Shown one piece after another: positions 24,964 through 33,857 of a stretch of DNA of 64,000 nt. The translations under genes and the position numbers were made by a program. Within the stretch, counting starts at the first letter, position 1, and the number at the start of each line of letters is the position of its first letter. The notes beneath the pieces were generated by a model. The model made no database searches. It was not told the DNA's origin and saw nothing but the letters and a program-made list of their open reading frames with translations. This DNA is from a virus. The stretch is taken from IMG/VR virus record IMGVR_UViG_3300025010_000010, one strand, 5' to 3'.

Positions 24964-26540
24964 GCTATTACTCCATCACCGGAAACAATTATTTTATAAT
25001 TCGCTAAATCAAAAGAAATATTTCTTGTATAAAGTGTAGCATCAATTCCAGCAACTGAATTATCAGGAGGAACCATTGTATCAGTAAACGTAATTGGTTG
25101 TCCCGGAACAGGAACATTTGCCGCAAGTAAATCCATTTTTAATGTAATCTGCGGCCTTTCAAGAATTGTTTTTCTATTCCCGAGATGAGTGGCCATTGCA
25201 GAAGCAGAAGCAACCACACTTGTATAAATTCCGCGATTACCCGAGCCAGAATAATTATACCAACTAAAATTAAACCCTTCTGTAAAGTCATCATAAAATA
25301 ATTCTTCCAATATTAAACCATTACTATCAACTTCATAGACAGCAACAAAATCAATATCCATTATCCCGGCGGCAGATGACGAATTAAATACCAATACCGG
25401 CCTAATATATTCTGTTATTACTGCACCTAAACTTGCATCATACATTGTTCCTGGACTAGCAATATTTGGTGCAGGAATATATGTAGCAGGATCGCTCCAG
25501 TCCTTTGAATAACCAGTACTTATTGTCCAATCAACATCATCTAATGATGCATTATTAGCACAATGCCAACAGGCAAGAGCATAATTTGTACCACCATTAC
25601 GGTCAACAATTGTTGTTCTATCAGATGCATAACCAAGAAATCCAGCAACAAAAGTACCAGTTCCGGCAGGCCGCCGAACTTTAACTTTCATCATATAATA
25701 TTTATTGGCTTCATAAGCGATAAAAAATGCTTGCGGCATTAACCAAAGTTGATCATTGCCCGAATTATTCCCGACCCTTCCATACAAATGTTCAATACTA
25801 TTTGCAACATCGGATGATTCAACAGTTCCATAAGCATAAGAACCAGCCAATTTATATTTCTTTATTGCCTCACTTGTATATTGTTTATATGCAGGTAAAT
25901 ATTTATATTCAGGTGGATAAATCCTTATTCCAGGAGTAAGAGCTGATCCATTACTCAATAACATATCTACAAGATAAAGAGTCCCATTTTTAATATAAAA
26001 AAGATGATTTGTTGCTTCCGCCAATTTGGAAAGCATATCAATTACAATTTCACCTTCTTCAAAAACATTATAAACACTTGGCTGTGTTACCCTTGCATAA
26101 GTAGTATTTAATGTCAACCCAAGATAAGCAGAGGCACAATATGTATCAAATACATCTGATAATGTATCATCAATATAAGTTTTTTCAGAAAGAGTTAATG
26201 AATATTCTTCTCCAAACAATCCATAAGAAATTTCAGATTGTCCTATTGATTCAAGATGAGCGGTTCCAGAAAACATTAATACTGCCGCTTCTTCCGTTGT
26301 ATCCGTTATATAAATTGATATTGCACAAGAAACAGGAGGTGGATAATCAGAAGCAAATAAATCAGGAGATAATACAATTTTGCCTGATTCTGGTTCAACA
26401 TATCCACCAACATAAGATTTTATCGAATATCTAGGTGGAGTCAAATCCTTAATTTTCCTCACCCATTGATGAGTCAAATAGCAATATTCATCGGAAATCC
26501 GATTAACTACACTATTTATTGTAAATTCGACAAGTATCAT
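24960..26540 (-). CDS. distal tail / tail-tip protein (by position)
   Basis: 526 aa, immediately downstream of the tape measure gene. Confidence 0.5.
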   Translation of the reverse strand: MILVEFTINSVVNRISDEYCYLTHQWVRKIKDLTPPRYSIKSYVGGYVEPESGKIVLSPDLFASDYPPPVSCAISIYITDTTEEAAVLMFSGTAHLESIGQSEISYGLFGEEYSLTLSEKTYIDDTLSDVFDTYCASAYLGLTLNTTYARVTQPSVYNVFEEGEIVIDMLSKLAEATNHLFYIKNGTLYLVDMLLSNGSALTPGIRIYPPEYKYLPAYKQYTSEAIKKYKLAGSYAYGTVESSDVANSIEHLYGRVGNNSGNDQLWLMPQAFFIAYEANKYYMMKVKVRRPAGTGTFVAGFLGYASDRTTIVDRNGGTNYALACWHCANNASLDDVDWTISTGYSKDWSDPATYIPAPNIASPGTMYDASLGAVITEYIRPVLVFNSSSAAGIMDIDFVAVYEVDSNGLILEELFYDDFTEGFNFSWYNYSGSGNRGIYTSVVASASAMATHLGNRKTILERPQITLKMDLLAANVPVPGQPITFTDTMVPPDNSVAGIDATLYTRNISFDLANYKIIVSGDGVIA

Positions 26541-29500
26541 TTAAAACACCATTGGGCGACCTTTCATCCCCCGTAAATCAGCTTGAACCCTATTATTATC
26601 AGCAATCTTCACAATTTGAGCATCAAGCTCTTTTGAGGCAGTAACATTTACATCAACAGAAATTTTTCTTGTTGTACTATCATTTGAATTTGAGCCGTAA
26701 TTTTCCCCTGAAGGATAGTCATTTCCTCCATCCCCGACACCGGCAAGCAAATCATTAATATTATAAACAGTATCCTCTGCAATTCTTACCATTCCATCTG
26801 CTGCCGTTCTTACTGCATTATGAACGTCACCAAGAGCATTTTCAAGATCGGTAAGGCCATAATCAAGAGTTCCAACAGTATTTACAAAATTCCGCAAACC
26901 ACTTGATGCAGAAGTAAAACTTCCTTCTATTCCTAACACATCAAGTCCTAATTGCTCAATAACAACACCAACTTGATCACTTGCTAAACCAAGTCCCTTT
27001 AATTCTGATTTAAGTTTTGAAGTATCTTTAGAAACACCAGAAATAATATTACTTACTTCATCAAAAATAATTGTTAATTCTTCACCCTCAACTCCCATAT
27101 TTTGTAAAGATTCAATTGCAATATCCAAACTTGTTTTCTGAGCATCGGTAATATTAATTAATTCTTCGGAAAGTCCTACAACGCCTGATTTTGCTTCAAT
27201 CATTGATGCAGCAGTGGACCGTCCCATCGTAGTTGCAAGAATTTCAAATGATTTAAACTCCCCACCTAGATCAATCCACATCTTTTTCTGGTTGTCATAC
27301 ATTTGCAAATTGATATCATTTATACTGTCTGCGGTTTCTCTAATCCCCAACCCGAGCCGTTTTGAGCGAGTCAGGATTGAACTTTCAGCATCCATCATAA
27401 ATGCTTCAAGTCCACCAAATACCGGGTTCATGCCCTGCTTAAAAGTATCCCCCATCGCATAAGCAAAAGCATCAGGGCCAATACCCATTTGATTCATCAA
27501 TTCTGACATAGGGGGGACGTCCTCTTTCATCATCTGTGCAGCCCAAAGAGAAATCCCAATAGCAAAAACAGAGGCAACTGCTGCACCACCTATCCCGCCG
27601 CTAACCCCTCCTAATCCAGCACTACCACCTTCTTCAGCAGCAATCCCACCTACAACACCCTCATATGCCCCACCATACATCCCAGTAATCGCGGCTTCCT
27701 GGGCGGCTTGAGCCGCTATTTCAGCGGCAATAGCCTCATAAGCAGCAGAACCCACAACCGTTCCTGCATATCCAACCCCGCCACCAACAGGACCACCAAC
27801 GGATACTCCAGATGCAGAAGTAGGAAGTAATGAACTTCCACCAGTTAAATATTGATACCCAGAATAAAGAGTTCCAAGCGATCCTAAACCGCCACCAAAT
27901 CCGCCGCCGCCACCACCACTTGAACCACCACCAATAAAGCTACCAATTGCTCCAAGAATCCCCCCAGAACCACTTAATAGATTGCCAATTGCCATCCGGC
28001 CCATATTCATAAGCCATGCAGCAACCATTTCGGCAAGCATATTTTTAAACATGCTAAGGAATGAATCAAAACTTATCTCACCTGTTTTTATCCATTCAGC
28101 CAATATATCTTGTATTCCATTATATGCTTCATCCCAACGATCTTGAATATATTTTGCAGTTTCATCTGTATCGGACTTATATAATTCATCAGTATTTATA
28201 ATCTCGGCCCTTAATACATCTTGGCCTTGTTGGAAATCAGATTGCATTACATCATAAGACATGCCTGTTTCCATTACTGATTCAGTAAGACCATCTTGTG
28301 CCAATCTCGCTTGTTTGGAGGATACTGTTAAATTGTCAAGTGCTTCTTTTAATCTATCGGCATTTGACGCACTCCCCCCAAGAGCTTCCTTCAAAAGCAA
28401 TTCGGCTTCATTTGCGTCTCTTATTTCCTTTTCAAGAGGGAGGTATGTATCAACAACCCTTTGAAGTGCGTTTGCATGATCTTTTGCTGCTTTTGTTACT
28501 TTTTCAGTTGTATCAACATTATTTTTATTACCCTTATTTAAATCATTAACTACGTCAGCTGTATCACCAACAACTTTAGCAACTTTTTTATAAACTCCAG
28601 CCTCTTTATACATTTCATCCGCAATTTCACGAGTTACAACAATTTCCTTATCCATTTCTGATACAAGTTGATTTATCTTCTCCTTATGATTATCAACCGC
28701 TACAGAAGAAATATTTAAACTATTACCAACATTAATAATTGCAGAACCAATCTTATCACCAAATGGCATAGCCGCCATTAAATTTCCAAGGTCAACAATC
28801 CATTCCTTGAATTTTAATTGCATTTCATAAATAATGGTATCCCATCCACTTTTAATTCCTTCAAAGGCAATTAACGCACCATATTTAATATACGTCCAAG
28901 ATTGATCTAAACTCGTTACAAGATTTACTCCAGCCTTTCTTACAATCTCAAATTCATCATATAAATATTTGCCTATTTGATATCCAATCCAACCAGCAAA
29001 TATCATATTTACAGCATTGCCAAGTGTCAAAAAAGAAAAAGTCGCCTTCTTTGCCGCTGCATCAGCAACAACAATTGCTTCTGCATGTCTTGCAGTCGCC
29101 CCTGCCGCTATAATTTGTGCTCTTGAATTATTAGCTACAGCGGTAGATAATTGAGCTTGTACAATTGCAGCTTCTTGAGTTGTTACGACATATCTCTGTT
29201 GTAACATTGAAACATCAGCAGTCGCCCTTCCCTCTACAATTAAAGTTTGAATCTGATTTTGTTCAGCAGTAATTAAGGCAAGTTTTGAACGTAATGAATT
29301 TATTTCAGAAGCAGACTGTTGAACCCTTGCAATAGCCAATGCCTCTACAGAAGCCAACTCTTGAACATTGGCTGCAGTTTTCATTGCAGTCGCTTGAGCA
29401 CTACTCAACATTACTGCATTTCCGGCAGCAACTTGCGTATGAAATTGAACAGTTGCTGCAACTGCCTTATATTTTAATGCTATCCAAGCACCAATAGCTG

Positions 29501-30428
29501 CCAGAACAGCAGGGCCATAAGCAACAACGATATAACCAGCAAAAATTTTAGTTGCAGTGGAAATTGTATTTATCAATGATACAACAGCATCTCTATTTTC
29601 TCCTAAAAATTTTGTCATTGCCTTCATTGCTTCTGTTGATGCCTTCAATCCAGAAGTCAATGCATCCATTACACCTGCTTCGCCAACCTCATTTTTAAAA
29701 TCCTTAAATGCAGTTATTGATCTTTTCCATGCGGCAATCGCATTATCAGAAGCATCAATTGCACCTTTTGCATATCTTTCATGTAATGCTTTTGCCAATT
29801 TAGGAAGCAAATCATCAGACAATACTTGTCCAGATTCAACCAACTTCGTAAAACTCTGTTGAGTCATCCCCATTGCACCAGCAGCCATTGCAAAAGCGCC
29901 CGGAAGTCTATCACCTAACTGCCGACGTAACTCTTCCATTGATACAACACCCTTTGACAACATCTGTTCAAGGGCATATAATGTACCTTTTGTTTGATCT
30001 GTCGAAAGTCCTAATGCGGTTGATGCTTCAATTACAGATGTAAAAATATCATGCTGTTGTTGTAATGATAAATTTGATGTTTTAGCAGCAGCAGAAAATG
30101 ACCGATATGCATCAGCAACAGAATAAAATTCTTGTCCAAGTTTATTTGTTATTTCTCTTACATAATCAAGTTCCTGTTGAGCAGCTCCAACTGAACCATT
30201 GATGGCGCGAAATGAATAATCAAGGCGTTGAACCTCCATTCCTGTTTGATAAAGTTCCTTAATCACTTCAACAATTCCAAATCCAGCAAATACTCCCATT
30301 GCTGTATTTTTTAAAGAATTTAATCCTCGTTCCATTGCTCCGGTAGACGATTTCAAATCCTTTTCGGCGCGCTTCAAGTCGGAGGTATCAACCCCCAAAT
30401 GGGCCATCAATGTTCCGATATTAGCCAT
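26541..30428 (-). CDS. tail tape measure protein
   Basis: 1295 aa, helical and Ala/Gln-rich with an internal Gly-rich segment, directly after the G/G-T chaperone pair. Confidence 0.9.
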   Translation of the reverse strand: MANIGTLMAHLGVDTSDLKRAEKDLKSSTGAMERGLNSLKNTAMGVFAGFGIVEVIKELYQTGMEVQRLDYSFRAINGSVGAAQQELDYVREITNKLGQEFYSVADAYRSFSAAAKTSNLSLQQQHDIFTSVIEASTALGLSTDQTKGTLYALEQMLSKGVVSMEELRRQLGDRLPGAFAMAAGAMGMTQQSFTKLVESGQVLSDDLLPKLAKALHERYAKGAIDASDNAIAAWKRSITAFKDFKNEVGEAGVMDALTSGLKASTEAMKAMTKFLGENRDAVVSLINTISTATKIFAGYIVVAYGPAVLAAIGAWIALKYKAVAATVQFHTQVAAGNAVMLSSAQATAMKTAANVQELASVEALAIARVQQSASEINSLRSKLALITAEQNQIQTLIVEGRATADVSMLQQRYVVTTQEAAIVQAQLSTAVANNSRAQIIAAGATARHAEAIVVADAAAKKATFSFLTLGNAVNMIFAGWIGYQIGKYLYDEFEIVRKAGVNLVTSLDQSWTYIKYGALIAFEGIKSGWDTIIYEMQLKFKEWIVDLGNLMAAMPFGDKIGSAIINVGNSLNISSVAVDNHKEKINQLVSEMDKEIVVTREIADEMYKEAGVYKKVAKVVGDTADVVNDLNKGNKNNVDTTEKVTKAAKDHANALQRVVDTYLPLEKEIRDANEAELLLKEALGGSASNADRLKEALDNLTVSSKQARLAQDGLTESVMETGMSYDVMQSDFQQGQDVLRAEIINTDELYKSDTDETAKYIQDRWDEAYNGIQDILAEWIKTGEISFDSFLSMFKNMLAEMVAAWLMNMGRMAIGNLLSGSGGILGAIGSFIGGGSSGGGGGGFGGGLGSLGTLYSGYQYLTGGSSLLPTSASGVSVGGPVGGGVGYAGTVVGSAAYEAIAAEIAAQAAQEAAITGMYGGAYEGVVGGIAAEEGGSAGLGGVSGGIGGAAVASVFAIGISLWAAQMMKEDVPPMSELMNQMGIGPDAFAYAMGDTFKQGMNPVFGGLEAFMMDAESSILTRSKRLGLGIRETADSINDINLQMYDNQKKMWIDLGGEFKSFEILATTMGRSTAASMIEAKSGVVGLSEELINITDAQKTSLDIAIESLQNMGVEGEELTIIFDEVSNIISGVSKDTSKLKSELKGLGLASDQVGVVIEQLGLDVLGIEGSFTSASSGLRNFVNTVGTLDYGLTDLENALGDVHNAVRTAADGMVRIAEDTVYNINDLLAGVGDGGNDYPSGENYGSNSNDSTTRKISVDVNVTASKELDAQIVKIADNNRVQADLRGMKGRPMVF

Positions 30429-30777
30429 TTTTCTTTTTTCCTTTCATGGAGTCCCGAAGTGATTTGAAAATATCTTTAACCGTTATAACATTTACTTTAT
30501 TTTTCTTATCAGATGCAGTTGGCACCATAAATTGATCAGGGGTAAACGGCTTTGTCAATTTCTTTGTCCGCATTGCAAAATTGGCAATTGTTGAAGCAAT
30601 TATCCCCATACCAATATCTTGATGCCTATTCCCAAATGGCTCAATCTCACTATATGCCTTCCACTCTGCCATTTGTTCACTCGTCAAATTCGCCAAAAGA
30701 AAATCCGGGTGAGGAAAGCCCAATGCCAGGCAGAGGCGAAAGGCAAAAACTCTGCCTGGCCGGGCAATTAGTTTTTT
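30421..30777 (-). CDS. tail assembly chaperone, -1 frame extension (gpT-like part of the G-T fusion)
   Basis: The -1 frame is open from the slippery site at 30771-30777 through to the stop at 30421. The track ORF start at 30723 is only a TTG inside this frame. Confidence 0.7.
   Translation of the reverse strand, partial: KKLIARPGRVFAFRLCLALGFPHPDFLLANLTSEQMAEWKAYSEIEPFGNRHQDIGMGIIASTIANFAMRTKKLTKPFTPDQFMVPTASDKKNKVNVITVKDIFKSLRDSMKGKKKNG
30725..30777 (-). promoter_or_regulatory. programmed -1 ribosomal frameshift signal (A AAA AAC slippery heptamer + 11-bp stem-loop)
   Basis: The - strand reads ACA AAA AAC TAA at the end of the gpG-like ORF. After a 10-nt spacer comes the stem GCCAGGCAGAG/CTCTGCCTGGC (30725-30735/30750-30760) with a 14-nt loop. 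Confidence 0.75.
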
Positions 30778-31166
30778 GTGAGTTCCTCAACATCCTGTTT
30801 CCCTATTTTGTTCAGGCGCATTGCAACAGTAAAAATCCGCTCAATTGCTGCAGCAGATTTCCCACCAAGCTGCTCAATTTCATCAACAGAATTAAACATC
30901 CTTTTTCCTTTCTCATTACAAATTGTTCTGGCACAAAGAGAAGCCCGGAAATTTTTCAAATTCCGTTCCGTGGTGCCATCTTCCTTCATAATAACCATAT
31001 CTTTTTCAAACTCATCCCTGCCGGTTGCGGTCATCATGGACACATAAATTGATCCATTCCATTCAGGGATATCCACCCTTTCCCGAATAAGATCGTCAGC
31101 GGCCAGAATTGCCTCACGAGTAAGAAAGGGAAGAGTTGCCATTTTACCAGTTTCATTTTTTTTCAT
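30768..31166 (-). CDS. tail assembly chaperone (gpG-like)
   Basis: 132 aa between the major tail protein and the tape measure; it ends in the slippery heptamer. Confidence 0.7.
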   Translation of the reverse strand: MKKNETGKMATLPFLTREAILAADDLIRERVDIPEWNGSIYVSMMTATGRDEFEKDMVIMKEDGTTERNLKNFRASLCARTICNEKGKRMFNSVDEIEQLGGKSAAAIERIFTVAMRLNKIGKQDVEELTKN

Positions 31167-31212
31167 TTTGATTCCTCTTTACTTCTTGGTTATTAATTCA
31201 AACCCTTATTGA

Positions 31213-31632
31213 TTAAGAGCTTACAGTAATCGAGCCAGTAATTTTAAAAGTAACATCAACAGCAATCTTTTCATCCGGTCCAGGAACATTACCGCCCATA
31301 TCCTGAACATACCCGGCAAAATCAATAGTCGTATTACTTGCATCAGGCAAAACAATCTGATAATTTACCGAACTATCAGAAAGTAAATCCGCCCGCATCG
31401 CAATATAAGTATTGCGGGTAAAATTCATATTGATTGTTACCTGTCCAGAATCCAGTAAGCCAGGGATAAACTCTCTTGCTGTACTGGAAAGATCGGTAAC
31501 ATCAATCATGGGCCGGGACTGTGAAGGCAGCCCAACACTATTAATTTCCGTCAAGGTAGCAAACACTTCATTGCTTGCCCCATCGCCTCTTTTAAAAACT
31601 GTCCCCTTGCTTACAACTGCACTTACAGACAT
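31213..31632 (-). CDS. major tail (tube) protein
   Basis: 139 aa. The pattern GTVFKRGDG...F..L.EINSVGLPSQSR..IDVTDLSS...EFIPGLLDSGQV is typical of siphovirus tail-tube proteins, and the position fits. Confidence 0.7.
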   Translation of the reverse strand: MSVSAVVSKGTVFKRGDGASNEVFATLTEINSVGLPSQSRPMIDVTDLSSTAREFIPGLLDSGQVTINMNFTRNTYIAMRADLLSDSSVNYQIVLPDASNTTIDFAGYVQDMGGNVPGPDEKIAVDVTFKITGSITVSS

Positions 31633-31652
31633 ATCATTGTCCTCCTGTTTTG

Positions 31653-32045
31653 TTAGGCCGATGTTCTTTGAATTTCAAAATTAATTGAAAACATTGGCCG
31701 GTTTTTATTATCGACTCCCAGGTAAAGCGGATCATGGCCCGCCTGAATCATCTTATAAATCGCTGAATTTACCGTTTCATTTACCAGTCCATGGAGAGAT
31801 ACCTTAACGGCTACGGCTTTCGCGTACACAGCCTGATAGCCACCTTCTACCCCTCTAATTAAAGCCTGCACCCCGGTATAATCCCACTCATATCTTGATT
31901 CTGGTTTTCCTAATCCCTGATTATCAGACAAACAAATACAAGAATCGGGAAGTTCGGGCATCATACCAATAAAAATATCAGTCCCTAATGACCCAATAGA
32001 ATCATCTTCAAGAATGTCTTTTATATCTTCGGCAACTGAGTTCAT
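31653..32045 (-). CDS. tail terminator / head-tail joining protein (by position)
   Basis: 130 aa, between the gp10-like gene and the major tail gene. Confidence 0.45.
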   Translation of the reverse strand: MNSVAEDIKDILEDDSIGSLGTDIFIGMMPELPDSCICLSDNQGLGKPESRYEWDYTGVQALIRGVEGGYQAVYAKAVAVKVSLHGLVNETVNSAIYKMIQAGHDPLYLGVDNKNRPMFSINFEIQRTSA

Positions 32046-32461
32046 CTAATTTTTGCATCCTCGGCAATTATTGATAAAATCTTATCTGCATTTTGATATA
32101 ATGCATTTCGTAAAAACTGCGGTTCAGCCCTTCCCTGTGGATCCCAAAATCTCCCCTTATGTGGCCTTGGCCTTGGTAATCCCTTCAATTTCCCAGATGC
32201 CTCATGAACAAAAGGAGCATAAAAAGCGGTATATCCAATTTCGACACCAAGTCTCCCCATGGAGTCATGAATTGGATCAACATAAGCGGATGCCTTCAAA
32301 TTTCCAATATCAACAGGGGTTTTCAACTGTGCTTCTCGTTTTACGAGTAAACCAGCAGTCATTAATCCTTTCTGCGTTCTATTTTCAATTGCTTTCACTT
32401 CTCGATTGAGATTTTGCAACACTTTGTCTAATCCGGTAAGATTCAAGCTCATATCAGCCAC
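32042..32461 (-). CDS. HK97 gp10-like head-tail joining protein
   Basis: KTPVDIGNLKAS motif and ~140 aa size, typical of the HK97 gp10 family. Confidence 0.6.
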   Translation of the reverse strand: MADMSLNLTGLDKVLQNLNREVKAIENRTQKGLMTAGLLVKREAQLKTPVDIGNLKASAYVDPIHDSMGRLGVEIGYTAFYAPFVHEASGKLKGLPRPRPHKGRFWDPQGRAEPQFLRNALYQNADKILSIIAEDAKIR

Positions 32462-32799
32462 GCAGTCCTTACAAAAACATTTGCTTTCGGATCAGGATTC
32501 TTCGAGAATTTCATAATTTCAAAAGACTCTTCATCTTCAGGAAGTTGGGAACTATTCAAATTATCAAGATCAGTCAAGGCCAATCTCCCCCCAACTTCAA
32601 CATCATCACTCAATGCAACAACAGCCTTTGAAAGAACTTCTTCCATATTCTGTAATACAATCTTTTCCTGTTTAACCATCCAACGACATTCAACTTCTAC
32701 AGGGGCAGCAAACGTCTTTCCTCCATACCCATCATTTACCGGAGAACCCCAATAAACAGCGGTTTGTCTCAACAGATTTTTTCTTACTCGATTGTTCAT
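32449..32799 (-). CDS. head closure / head-tail adaptor protein (by position and size)
   Basis: 116 aa, in the connector gene series. Confidence 0.5.
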   Translation of the reverse strand: MNNRVRKNLLRQTAVYWGSPVNDGYGGKTFAAPVEVECRWMVKQEKIVLQNMEEVLSKAVVALSDDVEVGGRLALTDLDNLNSSQLPEDEESFEIMKFSKNPDPKANVFVRTAWLI

Positions 32800-33183
32800 T
32801 TATACATCCGTCGAATAATCAATCATTCCGATACTTGCCCGTTTTCTACCAAGAGCCGCCAATCTGCCAGTAAAATCCAAAAGCAATGCATTCTGCCCAT
32901 AAGGAGTAGATTCAAGACCTTTTCCGAACTGGCCCATATATTTCACCCTTACCCCCTCATTACCGCCTGCCCATTCCTCTATTGTTCTCTGATCCCTGGA
33001 ACAAATAATATGAGCAACAATATATCGTTCAATTTCTTTTAATGTTGCATCACCAACTTGCGTATCCCCGGAAAATGCATTTGTTACCAACAAATTCCCA
33101 GCAGTAATAAATGGAGTGATATCAGTTATTGATGAATCAATATCAATTATTTCTCGAACTTCTGCGGAAGTAACCCGGCCCAT
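32800..33183 (-). CDS. head-tail connector (gp6-like) protein (by position and size)
   Basis: 127 aa, first gene of the connector series. Its start overlaps the sulfotransferase stop (TAATG). Confidence 0.5.
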   Translation of the reverse strand: MGRVTSAEVREIIDIDSSITDITPFITAGNLLVTNAFSGDTQVGDATLKEIERYIVAHIICSRDQRTIEEWAGGNEGVRVKYMGQFGKGLESTPYGQNALLLDFTGRLAALGRKRASIGMIDYSTDV

Positions 33184-33857
33184 TATTTTTTACCTCCATA
33201 TAAAGCAGGATCAACAAAGGCATTTACAAGATTCTGTTTCCATTCAAGCCCTAACCATTCAATCATTTGTTTCATCTCTAATTGATCCCCGGCAATTATT
33301 TTAGAGGGCCAAACTTCCATAATTTCAAGACCAGCCTTGTTCATTTGTCTGAATCTATCTTCATGAACTTTTACCCAATCCAACCAGCCATCTTTTGTCT
33401 TATAAGCACGCATGAAAGAAGTTCGCAAACAAGATTCAGCAATTTGATCAGCTTCACGTCTTACAATTACCCATTTAGCAGCAGGAAAGGCAAGATGCCA
33501 CATATACCAAAACAAACACATCTTCGCCCCCTTGTAATACCAAATCCCGTCCTTATATCCTTGATATTGTATTACTGATTGTATCCTTTTTCTCCATTGT
33601 TCTCCTTGCTGTTGAGTTACCTCAAAAACCTGCCGGGAATTAGGTAATGGCCTTTGCCCTAAAGGGTCACAACCAATGCTTTTCAAATATGGTTTAGTAA
33701 TTGAATTTCTTATTTCAAGATTTTCAAACATCCCCTTTTGATTATGAATATTCGGGCCTGCCGTATCCCCGCCAAATCCACCACAAATATGAATAATCCC
33801 AGCGGTCATACTTGTTCCAGAACGGGCAGCGCCGGTTATAAGGATAGGATCAATCAT
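33183..33857 (-). CDS. sulfotransferase-family protein
   Basis: PAPS 5'-PSB-like ILITGAARSGTS and 3'-PB-like WVIVRREADQIAES. Start trimmed to the ATGA overlap at 33854-33857. Confidence 0.6.
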   Translation of the reverse strand: MIDPILITGAARSGTSMTAGIIHICGGFGGDTAGPNIHNQKGMFENLEIRNSITKPYLKSIGCDPLGQRPLPNSRQVFEVTQQQGEQWRKRIQSVIQYQGYKDGIWYYKGAKMCLFWYMWHLAFPAAKWVIVRREADQIAESCLRTSFMRAYKTKDGWLDWVKVHEDRFRQMNKAGLEIMEVWPSKIIAGDQLEMKQMIEWLGLEWKQNLVNAFVDPALYGGKK

